A stretch of DNA of 23,472 nt from an uncultured Sphingobacteriaceae bacterium (GCA_964546645.1 CAZJKM010000035.1:1233-24704); one strand, 5' to 3'. Counted from the stretch's first letter, positions 8,124 through 16,698 are shown. Numbers and translations are program-made. Notes: generated by a model not told the origin, from the letters alone.

Positions 8124-9515
8124 ATGAACCATATACCAATGGGTACGTTATGGGCTTGTTTATTTTTATTCGCAACTTTACTTTTTGCAGAAACAACCCC
8201 TGTATATTCACAGGACCATAAACACCACCATCCCGCGGATACCTTCAGGAAACAGGAACAAAAGCAACCTGAGCACAACCATACACAGAAACACACCAAG
8301 GATGACGTGGCCATGTCCCATGCCTTTTCCCTTCGTCTTCCGATGACCAGAAACGGCTCCGGCACAGGCTGGCTCCCGGATAACTCTCCGATGTACGGCT
8401 ACATGTTGCATACCGAAAAATGGATGTACATGTTTCACGGGAACCTGTTTGTGCGATATAATAATCAGGACATAGACGAACAGGGGACACGCGGGGCCGC
8501 GATGGTGGATGCACCGAACTGGGTGATGGCCATGGGACAACGTGCTGTGGGCAGGCGTGGATTATTCCGCTTCAGCACCATGCTTTCCCTGGATCCCCTT
8601 ACCATCGGAGGTGGTGGTTACCCTTTATTGTATCAGTCGGGTGAAACCTGGCAGGGACAGCCGCTGGTTGACCGGCAGCACCCGCATGATCTGTTTTCTG
8701 AGCTTTCAGTAGCCTACACACATCAGTTCAGCAATCATACCGACGCATTTGTCTACCTGGCCTATCCGGGAGAGCCTGCCCTCGGGCCGGTTGCATTTAT
8801 GCACCGTGTGTCAAGCCTTTATAATCCGGACGCACCGCTCGGTCACCACTGGCAGGATGCAACGCACATAACTTTCGGCGTAGCCACACTGGGCGTCCGG
8901 CACAGGCAGGTCAAACTGGAAGGCTCGGTATTTACCGGCCGTGAACCCAATGAAGAACGGTACGGCTTTGACAGACCCCGCTTTGACTCGTATGCGGTCC
9001 GGTTTTCATACAGCCCGTCACCAGCGTGGGCGCTGCAGGCGTCGCAGGCGTGGGTACAGGATGTGCATGAATCGGGGCCGCGCGAAGACGTCCGGAAAAC
9101 AACCGCGTCTGCCATTCATTCCGTTCGTCCGGGCAAGCCCGGCCATACTCTGAACTCGGCATTCGTGTGGGGATACAACAAGGCTGACGGCCACCGCGGT
9201 GCCCACTCGTTCCTTGCAGAAACAGCCTGGGGCATGCAGCGGACCACGTTGTACGGGAAATACGAGTGGGTACAGAAATCGACGGAGGACCTGCTGCTGG
9301 AAGATACCTTCAGGCACGATGAACTATTCGGTGTGCAGGCGCTTACCGCAGGTCTTCAGCACCGCCTGGCACAGGTATTCAAAACGCATCTCGCGGTTGG
9401 CTCGCAGGCAAGCTGGTATCCGTCAACCGGGCAGCTTCGCAGTATCTACGGTGCAAACCCGATGGCCCTACAGGTATACCTGCGCCTTTATCCGGCATTG
9501 ATGAGCGGGCAATAA
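8124..9515 (+). CDS. Secreted/outer-membrane hypothetical protein with His-rich N-terminal segment
   Basis: The ORF track starts at ATG 8094, but a signal-peptide-like MNHIPMGTLWACLFLFATLLFA begins at ATG 8124, so I moved the start there. The mature N-terminus is His-rich (HKHHHPADTF...EHNHTQKHTKDD). The rest is rich in aromatic/Gly alternation consistent with a beta-rich fold; a beta-barrel is not provable here. Confidence 0.55.
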   Translation: MNHIPMGTLWACLFLFATLLFAETTPVYSQDHKHHHPADTFRKQEQKQPEHNHTQKHTKDDVAMSHAFSLRLPMTRNGSGTGWLPDNSPMYGYMLHTEKWMYMFHGNLFVRYNNQDIDEQGTRGAAMVDAPNWVMAMGQRAVGRRGLFRFSTMLSLDPLTIGGGGYPLLYQSGETWQGQPLVDRQHPHDLFSELSVAYTHQFSNHTDAFVYLAYPGEPALGPVAFMHRVSSLYNPDAPLGHHWQDATHITFGVATLGVRHRQVKLEGSVFTGREPNEERYGFDRPRFDSYAVRFSYSPSPAWALQASQAWVQDVHESGPREDVRKTTASAIHSVRPGKPGHTLNSAFVWGYNKADGHRGAHSFLAETAWGMQRTTLYGKYEWVQKSTEDLLLEDTFRHDELFGVQALTAGLQHRLAQVFKTHLAVGSQASWYPSTGQLRSIYGANPMALQVYLRLYPALMSGQ

Positions 9516-9524
9516 CGCACGTTC

Positions 9525-12500
9525 CTACTCTTCCTTCAGTTTCAGGTAAATCGTGGCAGAACCAGACAACGGCCGCACGCCCGGTCCGCCGACGTTCGTG
9601 TAGTTCGCTGTTATACGCAATACGGTTTGCCCGTCCGTTTTGACAGCCTGCGGCGCACGGACAGCGCCCCTGGCCGGAAGCGACTTCCGGTCGGTAGTAT
9701 GCTCCTCTGCCAATGAGAAAATCCACTGCACGATTTGCCTTGCTTCGGCCTCCTTCATCGTCGAGTGTGCCGGCATGGCTACTTCGCCCCACACGCCGTT
9801 GCTGCCTTTAATGATTTTTTCGGTCAGATAATTCGAGGCACCGTCCTTACCCTGGTATCGCTTACTCACCTGCCGGTAAGACGGCCCTACACTGACTTCG
9901 TTTTCCTTATGACACGACTGGCAGTCGGACGAAAGCATGATGTTTCTGCCCATAATCGCTTCAGATACCTGCTGGTGTCCCATCGACGCTCCTGCCATAT
10001 CCGTTCCCTTTACGTAATCCACAGACACGAACAGGTTGGCTTCATCTGCGGCATTGCCATGATCATTTACCTGTACTTCATACTGGACCAGTTGTCCCGG
10101 ACGATAAAAACCGGACGTATCCGATAATACGATTTCCACACCAGGCGCTTCATTGCCGGCATAAACCGTTACCGGATTGCTCTCCGCACTTCCCATCTTC
10201 GGATCTTCCACCACCACAGAAATGGGGTAATCTCCTTCCCTGTCCAGCGTATACGTCAGTTCCGGCACATCGGTTTGTTTGGTAAACGTACCGATCTTCC
10301 ATGTGTATGTCAGTTTTTCATTTTCATAATCCGTGGCTTCCACCTGTGCATGCACCGTAAATGGCAGGCGGCCATTTTGTTTGTCTACGGTGATCTCTCC
10401 CACCTGCGGCGGCAGGTTGCCACTGATGTAATCAATGCGGACAATTCCGGCATCCGGATTTTTGGAGAACCAGCCCTTGCCGTACTCCAGTATGTATAAA
10501 CGGCCATCCGGTCCTACTTCCATATCAATAGGCGAAGCAAACTTTTCACCGTCCATAAACGGTTCCATCTTATCAAAGTCGCCGTTGGGAAGCATCGTCA
10601 CCGCCTTCACCCAGCCCCTGATCCAGTCGTAGATCATCAGTTTACCGTTGTAGTAATCCGGGTAGCGGGTTTCCCTGGGAAACAGGCTGGTATAGTATAC
10701 CGGTCCGGCCATCGCATTGCGGCCGCCGGTACCCACCTGCGGGAAGTCTTTTGAGGCCCCGTACGGATACCAGATAAACGCCGGCTGCGCCGGAGGGAGC
10801 ACCGTCAGTCCGGTATTGTTCGGCGAGTTGTTAACCGGCGCAGCAGGGTCGAACGGCTCACCGTGCTGCCCGGTATGGTAATCGTAGGCACGGTAGGGAT
10901 AATTATTGCCCACAAAGAACGGCCAGCCGAAATACCCGGCTTTACGGGCCTGGTTCACCTCATCATACCCCTGCGGGCCACGGGTGGCCAGACTATCTGC
11001 ACGGGCATCAGGACCCACCTCCCCCCAGTAGAGGAAACCGGTTTTCTGATCAAGCGTTATCCGGTACGGGTTCCGGTTTCCCATTACATAGATCTCCGGC
11101 CGCGTTTGCTCCTCATCCGGTGCAAACAGGTTCCCTTTCGGTATTTCGTACGAACCGTCCTTCAGCACACGGATGCGGAGAATCTTGCCACGCAGGTCGT
11201 TCGTATTGCCGGAGCTCCGGCGGGCATCGTACTGCTCAAACCCTTTCCGGTTATCCAGCGGCGCAAAGCCGCTGTTGATAAACGATACCTCCGGCTGATT
11301 GAACGGGGTGGAATTATCCCCGGTTGACAGGTACAGGAGTCCGTCCTTTCCGAAGGCAATGGAGCCGCCTGTATGACAGCAGATACTGCGTTGTGAATAA
11401 AACTGCAGGATGATCTGTTCCGAGGCCTGATCCAGCGAATCGCCATCGAACACAAACCGGGACAGTCTGTTCACCGATGTGTCAGCCGGACTGTAAAAGG
11501 TATATACGTATTTATTTTCTTTAAAACCAGGGTCCAGGGCCAGGCCCATAAATCCTTCTTCTGCGTTCACCTTCGGGATACCTGTGTTGTGATACACATC
11601 GAGGAAGCCCACCTGCTTCAGCGACCGGTCGTCCTGCTTCAATAACATCAGCTCACCGCGCCGCTGCGCGATCAGGATATCCAGGTTCGGCAGGATGGCC
11701 ATTTCAGTGGGTTCAAACAGTTCACCCTGGTGCAGCTGCGTTTTCACAAAGCGCTGCCGTTCGGGTACCGGTTTACTTTTGGCACGACGGTAATTCAGTT
11801 CCAGGTTCTTTCCGATGGCATATTGTATTCCACCAAGGATATGCCTCAGATGCAACGAATCGCTGAAGGCTTCTGCCGAATGCCCCAGACCGGTGTAAAA
11901 CGACCGGCCACCGTCATATTCGTGATACCAGGCCATGGGATGGTGTTCGCCGTTTTCCCCTCCCTCATAGCTGCTCTCATCCACCGTGATCAGCACCTTG
12001 ATGTCGTCAGACAGCTTTTTAAAATTATACAGCTCATCGTTATAGAAGAACTCCCCGGGCAGTCCCTGTGTAGCCGGGTGATTGCCGTCCGTTACTACGA
12101 AACGGGCCTTCTGCGGTTTTGGGTGGTTTTTGAAGTAGCCACCTACCAACCGCCCGTACCAGCCCCAGTCATACTCCGTATCTGAAGCGGCATGTATACC
12201 TACAAACCCGCCTCCGGACTGTATATAACGTTCAAGAGCAACTTCCTGGTAATGATTCAGTACATCGCCGGTGGTACTCAGAAAAACGACTGCCGAATAA
12301 TTCCGTAATGTATCTTCATGGAACAAGTCACTATTGGTCGTGGTATCCACCTCAAAACCATGCTCGGCACCCAAACGGATCAGGGCCTCGTTACCGGCAG
12401 GGATGGATGGATGATAAAACCCGGCTGTTTTACTGAAAACAATGATACGGGGCTTTCCGGAACGTTTATTACCACAAGATAAAATAAGCATAACCGCCAC

Positions 12501-12545
12501 CAGCAAAAAAACAATGCGTTTAAAAGAAAGTACAGTATTAATCAT
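9525..12545 (-). CDS. Multidomain lipoprotein: ThuA-like domain + PQQ-type glucose/sorbosone dehydrogenase beta-propeller + PKD domain + c-type cytochrome domain
   Basis: The ORF-track start at 12560 is TTG; first ATG at 12543-12545 gives MINTVLSFKRIVFLLVAVMLILSCGN, a signal peptide with a lipobox Cys. N-terminal ThuA (trehalose-utilisation-like) domain, then GSDH-like propeller, a PKD-like segment and a C-terminal CQSCH heme-binding motif. Confidence 0.85.
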   Translation of the reverse strand: MINTVLSFKRIVFLLVAVMLILSCGNKRSGKPRIIVFSKTAGFYHPSIPAGNEALIRLGAEHGFEVDTTTNSDLFHEDTLRNYSAVVFLSTTGDVLNHYQEVALERYIQSGGGFVGIHAASDTEYDWGWYGRLVGGYFKNHPKPQKARFVVTDGNHPATQGLPGEFFYNDELYNFKKLSDDIKVLITVDESSYEGGENGEHHPMAWYHEYDGGRSFYTGLGHSAEAFSDSLHLRHILGGIQYAIGKNLELNYRRAKSKPVPERQRFVKTQLHQGELFEPTEMAILPNLDILIAQRRGELMLLKQDDRSLKQVGFLDVYHNTGIPKVNAEEGFMGLALDPGFKENKYVYTFYSPADTSVNRLSRFVFDGDSLDQASEQIILQFYSQRSICCHTGGSIAFGKDGLLYLSTGDNSTPFNQPEVSFINSGFAPLDNRKGFEQYDARRSSGNTNDLRGKILRIRVLKDGSYEIPKGNLFAPDEEQTRPEIYVMGNRNPYRITLDQKTGFLYWGEVGPDARADSLATRGPQGYDEVNQARKAGYFGWPFFVGNNYPYRAYDYHTGQHGEPFDPAAPVNNSPNNTGLTVLPPAQPAFIWYPYGASKDFPQVGTGGRNAMAGPVYYTSLFPRETRYPDYYNGKLMIYDWIRGWVKAVTMLPNGDFDKMEPFMDGEKFASPIDMEVGPDGRLYILEYGKGWFSKNPDAGIVRIDYISGNLPPQVGEITVDKQNGRLPFTVHAQVEATDYENEKLTYTWKIGTFTKQTDVPELTYTLDREGDYPISVVVEDPKMGSAESNPVTVYAGNEAPGVEIVLSDTSGFYRPGQLVQYEVQVNDHGNAADEANLFVSVDYVKGTDMAGASMGHQQVSEAIMGRNIMLSSDCQSCHKENEVSVGPSYRQVSKRYQGKDGASNYLTEKIIKGSNGVWGEVAMPAHSTMKEAEARQIVQWIFSLAEEHTTDRKSLPARGAVRAPQAVKTDGQTVLRITANYTNVGGPGVRPLSGSATIYLKLKEE

Positions 12546-12619
12546 TACATCTATTATCAATTATTGTCCAGGGGTCTTCAAAAATAATCCTGCTAATGTC
12601 GTATATTTATTGAAAAAAC

Positions 12620-12654
12620 AGCGTCTGTTCCGGAAAAATTCCGGAACAGACGCT
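12620..12654. promoter_or_regulatory. 35-bp perfect palindrome (16-bp arms) flanked by A6 and T-rich tracts in the divergent intergenic region
   Basis: agcgtctgttccggaa-aaa-ttccggaacagacgct; A6 at 12613-12618, tcctgtttta at 12655-12664. Either an operator for a dimeric regulator or a bidirectional terminator-like insulator; on the minus strand the stem is followed directly by GTTTTTT. Confidence 0.5.
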
Positions 12655-12755
12655 TCCTGTTTTATAATACCCACTGATTTAGCGAATGTAAAAATAAAAC
12701 CGGTGCCCTATTGTATCTTTAAAACCAATTGTCCATATTTGTGCCGTCACAAAAT

Positions 12756-12827
12756 ATGTACAGGAAAAAAATTTATACAACAGGTTGGTGGTGGCACCAT
12801 GCGAACATGGCCGGCATGACTTTGTAG
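12756..12827 (+). CDS. Putative trp operon leader peptide (MYRKKIYTTGWWWHHANMAGMTL) with three consecutive Trp codons
   Basis: ATG 12756, TGG TGG TGG at 12786-12794, TAG at 12825-12827. Located 66 bp upstream of trpD and followed by an intrinsic terminator. Not in the supplied ORF track because it is shorter than the track's length cutoff. Confidence 0.6.
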   Translation: MYRKKIYTTGWWWHHANMAGMTL

Positions 12828-12851
12828 TAATTGATATAAACAAAAAACTTG

Positions 12852-12885
12852 AAAGGCCTGCCGTTAACGCAGGCCTTTTTTATTA
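12852..12885 (+). terminator. Intrinsic terminator of the trp attenuator
   Basis: Stem aaaGGCCTGC (12852-12861) / GCAGGCCttt (12869-12878) around loop cgttaac, followed by TTTTTTATT (12876-12884). It ends 8 bp before the trpD ATG at 12893. Confidence 0.6.
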
Positions 12886-12892
12886 ATCGCAT

Positions 12893-13879
12893 ATGAAGAA
12901 AATTTTAACCCATTTATTTGAGTATAAAACGTTTACAAAAAACGAAGCGTACGAAATATTAACGAACATTGCGTCAGGCAAGTACAATAATTCGCAAATG
13001 GCCGCTTTTATGACCGCTTATGCCATGCGTGGTATCCGTGTAGAGGAATTGGAAGGCTTCAGGGATGCGATGTATGACCTGTGCCTGAAAATAGATTTTT
13101 CCGGCTACCGCCTGATTGACCTCTGTGGAACCGGGGGCGATGGCAAGAACACTTTCAATATTTCGACACTGGCCTCTTTTGTAGTGGCCGGCGCAGGCTA
13201 TCAGGTAGCAAAACACGGCAATTACGGCGTTTCTTCGGGCTGTGGCTCTTCCAACGTGATGGAATACCTGGGTTATCGTTTCAGCAACGATGCCGGCGAA
13301 GTGAAACGAGCCCTGGATGAAGCAGGAATCTGTTTTCTTCACGCACCACTGTTCCACCCGGCTATGAAAACAGTAGCTCCCATCCGCCGTGAACTGGGCG
13401 TAAAAACATTTTTCAATATGCTGGGGCCGCTGGTAAATCCGGCTAATCCGCAGTACCAGTCGGTAGGAGTTTTCAGCCTGGAACTGGCCCGGCTATATGG
13501 CTACCTATATCAGAAGACAGCCAAACAATATACCATTCTCCATGCGGTGGACGGCTATGACGAAATATCGCTGACCGGTGATTTCAAAGCCATCAGCAAT
13601 ACAGGCGAACATTACTTTACATTAAGCCAATTGGGCTTTGAACCGGTTAACCCGTCAGATATTACCGGCGGGGATACCGTAGAAGAAGCCGCAGGAATAT
13701 TTACTAATATAATGGACGGCAACGGCACAACAGTACAAAACAAAGTTGTATTGGCCAATGCAGCGGTTGCAATCAGAACCATTCACCCTGAAAAAACATT
13801 TGCCGACTGTTATGATGAAGCTGAAGCTTCGTTGCTGGGGCTGAAAGCAAAGGAGCGGTTTAAGAAGCTGGTGGGTTAG
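12893..13879 (+). CDS. trpD: Anthranilate phosphoribosyltransferase
   Basis: 328 aa. GTGGDGKNTFNISTLA and KHGNYGVSSGCGSSNVMEYLG motifs are diagnostic of TrpD. Confidence 0.9.
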   Translation: MKKILTHLFEYKTFTKNEAYEILTNIASGKYNNSQMAAFMTAYAMRGIRVEELEGFRDAMYDLCLKIDFSGYRLIDLCGTGGDGKNTFNISTLASFVVAGAGYQVAKHGNYGVSSGCGSSNVMEYLGYRFSNDAGEVKRALDEAGICFLHAPLFHPAMKTVAPIRRELGVKTFFNMLGPLVNPANPQYQSVGVFSLELARLYGYLYQKTAKQYTILHAVDGYDEISLTGDFKAISNTGEHYFTLSQLGFEPVNPSDITGGDTVEEAAGIFTNIMDGNGTTVQNKVVLANAAVAIRTIHPEKTFADCYDEAEASLLGLKAKERFKKLVG

Positions 13880-13990
13880 TTTATTAGTGGATTGGTTTAT
13901 TGGTGGGTTAGTGGATTAGTCATTGGATGATTTGATTGGCTATTGACGATAATGATATGATCGAACAGCAAACAGCGAACAGCAAACAGC
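13880..13990 (+). repeat. C-depleted low-complexity spacer (ttagtggatt / gattgg words) followed by 2 x 14-bp tandem repeat gaacagcaaacagc
   Basis: 13880-13935 has 2 C in 56 nt (tttattagtggattggtttattggtgggttagtggattagtcattggatgatttgattgg). Tandem units at 13963-13976 and 13977-13990. Confidence 0.6.
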
Positions 13991-14604
13991 GAAAAGCCGC
14001 TAACATAAAAATCTGTGGCATGACGGATCCGGATAATGCACAGCAGGTATTGGCACTGAAGCCACAGTATATGGGATTCATTTTTTATGATCAGTCGAAG
14101 CGTTTCGTCGAAAGGAATAATCGAAGCTGGATACGGGACATCAGCGGGGTCATAAAGACAGGCGTTTTTGTGAATGCACCGGCAGAAGAGATACTGATCA
14201 CAGCTCTTGACCTGAAGTTGGGAGCGTTACAGCTGCACGGGAATGAGTCGCCGGAAATGTGCAGGCAACTGAAGGAAGATACGGGACTGCAACTGATCAA
14301 GGCATTTGGTATCAATAGTGATTTTAACTGGGATATACTAACCGCTTACCAACATGAGGTGGATTTTTTCCTGTTTGATACGCAATCTGTACAATATGGT
14401 GGCACGGGGAAAGTATTTGACTGGAACCTGCTGCATAGATACCAACTGGAAAAACCGTATTTCCTGAGCGGCGGCCTTAACCCCGACAACATCCAGGAGG
14501 CTTTGTTGCTGGACGACCGGCGTTTGTACGCGCTTGACCTGAACTCAGGGTTCGAAAAATCTCCAGGCATCAAAAGTTTAGATCTATTAACAAAAATAGG
14601 GTAA
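13957..14604 (+). CDS. trpF: Phosphoribosylanthranilate isomerase
   Basis: ORF-track start at 13936 is TTG; first ATG at 13957 ([23 protein letters not shown]...). Conserved K-I-CG-M/I N-terminal motif and overall PRAI length. The first ~11 codons are encoded by the tandem repeat, so the exact start is uncertain. Confidence 0.8.
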   Translation: MIEQQTANSKQRKAANIKICGMTDPDNAQQVLALKPQYMGFIFYDQSKRFVERNNRSWIRDISGVIKTGVFVNAPAEEILITALDLKLGALQLHGNESPEMCRQLKEDTGLQLIKAFGINSDFNWDILTAYQHEVDFFLFDTQSVQYGGTGKVFDWNLLHRYQLEKPYFLSGGLNPDNIQEALLLDDRRLYALDLNSGFEKSPGIKSLDLLTKIG

Positions 14605-14635
14605 GGGAGTGCGCCATAACGCACCCCCAGTTTTA

Positions 14636-15826
14636 ATGAATATGGCAAATTATCACGTTAACGAGAAAGGGTACTATGGTGATTTCGGAGGGGCTTATAT
14701 TCCCGAAATGCTATATCCCAATGTGGAAGAGCTCCGGCAGCGGTACCTGGAAATCATGCAGGAGACCACATTCAAAGACGAGTTTGAACAATTATTGCGC
14801 GATTACGTAGGCCGGCCCTCCCCGCTGTACCCGGCACAACGGCTTTCTGAACGGTATGGCGCCAACATCTTTCTGAAAAGAGAGGACCTGAACCACACGG
14901 GGGCGCATAAGATCAACAACACCATCGGACAAATCCTGTTAGCAGAGCGCCTGGGCAAAAAACGGATCATCGCCGAAACCGGTGCCGGCCAGCACGGTGT
15001 GGCCACGGCGACCGTATGTGCGCTGAAAGGGCTGGAGTGTGTGGTATATATGGGTGAAATAGATATTGCCCGGCAGGCACCGAATGTGGTACGAATGAAA
15101 ATGATGGGCGCTGAAGTGCGGGCCGCAACCTCCGGAAGCAAAACGCTGAAAGATGCCACCAATGAAGCACTCCGCGACTGGATCAATAACCCCGTGGATA
15201 CACACTATATTATCGGCTCAGTTGTGGGGCCCCACCCCTACCCGGATATGGTGGCCCGGTTTCAGTCGGTTATCTCGGCTGAAACCAGGAAGCAGCTGAA
15301 GGAAAAAACAGGCAATGAACTCCCGGATTATGTGCTGGCGTGCGTTGGAGGCGGCAGTAATGCGATTGGTATGTTTTATCATTTTCTGGATGATGAGTCG
15401 GTAAAGCTGGTGGCGGCAGAAGCTGCCGGAAAAGGCGTGGACAGCGGACACTCTGCAGCGACATCCGTTCTGGGCAAAGAAGGCGTTTTACATGGTAGCC
15501 GCACCATCCTTATGCAGACACCCGATGGACAGGTAGTGGAGCCGTATTCTATTTCCGCCGGACTGGATTACCCGGGCATCGGTCCGCAGCACGCCTGGCT
15601 ACACAAAGTGAAACGGGCGGAATACGTAAGCATTACGGATGATGAGGCAATGGAAGCCGGACTGCTGCTTACCCGCCTTGAAGGCATTATTCCGGCCATA
15701 GAAAGTGCCCACGCCCTGGCCCAACTGGAAAAAATGAACTTCAAACGTGACGAAAATGTGGTAGTGTGCCTTTCCGGCCGCGGTGATAAAGACCTGGACA
15801 ATTATATGAAGTATTTCGGGTTTTAA
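14636..15826 (+). CDS. trpB: Tryptophan synthase beta chain
   Basis: ORF-track start at 14609 is GTG; ATG at 14636 ([19 protein letters not shown]) matches the usual TrpB N-terminus. PLP-lysine motif HTGAHKINN and GGGSNA loop are present. A small GTGCG/CGCAC hairpin lies at 14610-14625 in the trpF-trpB junction. Confidence 0.93.
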   Translation: MNMANYHVNEKGYYGDFGGAYIPEMLYPNVEELRQRYLEIMQETTFKDEFEQLLRDYVGRPSPLYPAQRLSERYGANIFLKREDLNHTGAHKINNTIGQILLAERLGKKRIIAETGAGQHGVATATVCALKGLECVVYMGEIDIARQAPNVVRMKMMGAEVRAATSGSKTLKDATNEALRDWINNPVDTHYIIGSVVGPHPYPDMVARFQSVISAETRKQLKEKTGNELPDYVLACVGGGSNAIGMFYHFLDDESVKLVAAEAAGKGVDSGHSAATSVLGKEGVLHGSRTILMQTPDGQVVEPYSISAGLDYPGIGPQHAWLHKVKRAEYVSITDDEAMEAGLLLTRLEGIIPAIESAHALAQLEKMNFKRDENVVVCLSGRGDKDLDNYMKYFGF

Positions 15827-15827
15827 C

Positions 15828-15924
15828 TGAGTGATGAATGATGAATGATGAGTTATAAATGATGACTGGCGACTGTTAAACTAACAACTGGCAACCACCG
15901 ACTGACAACAAACAATAGCAAGAC
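15828..15924 (+). repeat. C-free GATGA-word spacer (tgagtgatgaatgatgaatgatgagttataaatgatgac) plus actggc/gacaac low-complexity tail, between trpB and trpA
   Basis: Starts 2 nt after the trpB TAA. Shares gagtgatgaatgatga...gtta with the 6603 hairpin arm. In-frame and out-of-frame TGA/TAA/TAG in all three frames. Confidence 0.6.
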
Positions 15925-16698
15925 ATGAACAGGCTTAATACATTATTTAAAGATAAAAAAGGACAGCCCATCCTTTCCATTTATTATACGGCAGGATATC
16001 CTGCACTGGACAGCACACTGGACATTGCGGAAGCATTGGAAAAAGCCGGTGCTGATTTTCTGGAGATTGGTTTTCCCTACTCAGACCCCGTGGCAGACGG
16101 GCCAGTAATCCAGCATAGTTCAGAAGCAGCGCTACGCAACGGCATGACCCTCGAAGTGCTTTTCCGGCAGCTTCAGGATCTCCGAAAGCGGGTTTCCATT
16201 CCTATACTGCTGATGGGATACGTAAACCCGGTATTGCAATTTGGTGTAGAACGCTTCTGTGAAGCGTGTGCTGCTGTCGGCGTAGACGGCGTAATTGTAC
16301 CTGACCTGCCCATGTATGAATACGAAGAACTGTATCGGGAAACATTTGAAAAATATGAGCTGAGTAACATTTTTCTGGTTACTCCACAGACATCAGAGGA
16401 CCGCATCCGCAAGATTGACGGACTAACCACCGGCTTTATTTATTTGTTGTCTTCATCGGCGACTACAGGTAAAGATCTCTCATTATCCGAAAGTACAAAT
16501 ACCTATTTTTCACGTATAGCAGCGATGGATCTTCAGCATCCGGTCGTAATCGGCTTCGGTATCGGTAACAGGGAGGCGTTTGAACAGGCCGTTCACCATG
16601 CAGACGGAGCCATTGTCGGAAGTGCTTTTGTCCGGTTGCTGGCGGAAGATAATTATATGAATAAAATACCGGAGTTTATCAGCCGGTTCCGGCAATAA
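15925..16698 (+). CDS. trpA: Tryptophan synthase alpha chain
   Basis: 257 aa. LSIYYTAGYP...FLEIGFPYSDPVADGPVIQ motifs are typical of TrpA. Confidence 0.9.
   Translation: MNRLNTLFKDKKGQPILSIYYTAGYPALDSTLDIAEALEKAGADFLEIGFPYSDPVADGPVIQHSSEAALRNGMTLEVLFRQLQDLRKRVSIPILLMGYVNPVLQFGVERFCEACAAVGVDGVIVPDLPMYEYEELYRETFEKYELSNIFLVTPQTSEDRIRKIDGLTTGFIYLLSSSATTGKDLSLSESTNTYFSRIAAMDLQHPVVIGFGIGNREAFEQAVHHADGAIVGSAFVRLLAEDNYMNKIPEFISRFRQ

Noticed and set aside
8084-8540. Minus-strand ORFs (93, 110, 89 aa) overlapping the start of the His-rich secreted protein gene
   Set aside because: Cys/His-rich translations are the antisense image of the CAC/CAT-rich His-tail coding segment; no start context.
10863-11327. 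154-aa plus-strand ORF (and 9735-10127, 11730-12185) antisense to the ThuA-GSDH-cytochrome gene
   Set aside because: Fully embedded in the 1006-aa minus-strand frame; no independent start context or recognisable domain.
12442-12819. 125-aa plus-strand ORF spanning the divergent intergenic region, the palindrome and the leader peptide
   Set aside because: It begins inside the opposite-strand lipoprotein gene, crosses a 35-bp palindrome, and overlaps the Trp-codon leader ORF in another frame. The short WWW leader followed by a terminator explains the region far better.
15828-15870. UGAUGA / CUGA words resembling archaeal/eukaryotic C/D-box (k-turn) motifs in the GATGA-word spacers
   Set aside because: Bacteria have no C/D-box snoRNP system, and the motif is an automatic consequence of the repeat vocabulary. 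Treated as coincidence, though binding by a bacterial L7Ae-like k-turn protein cannot be formally excluded.
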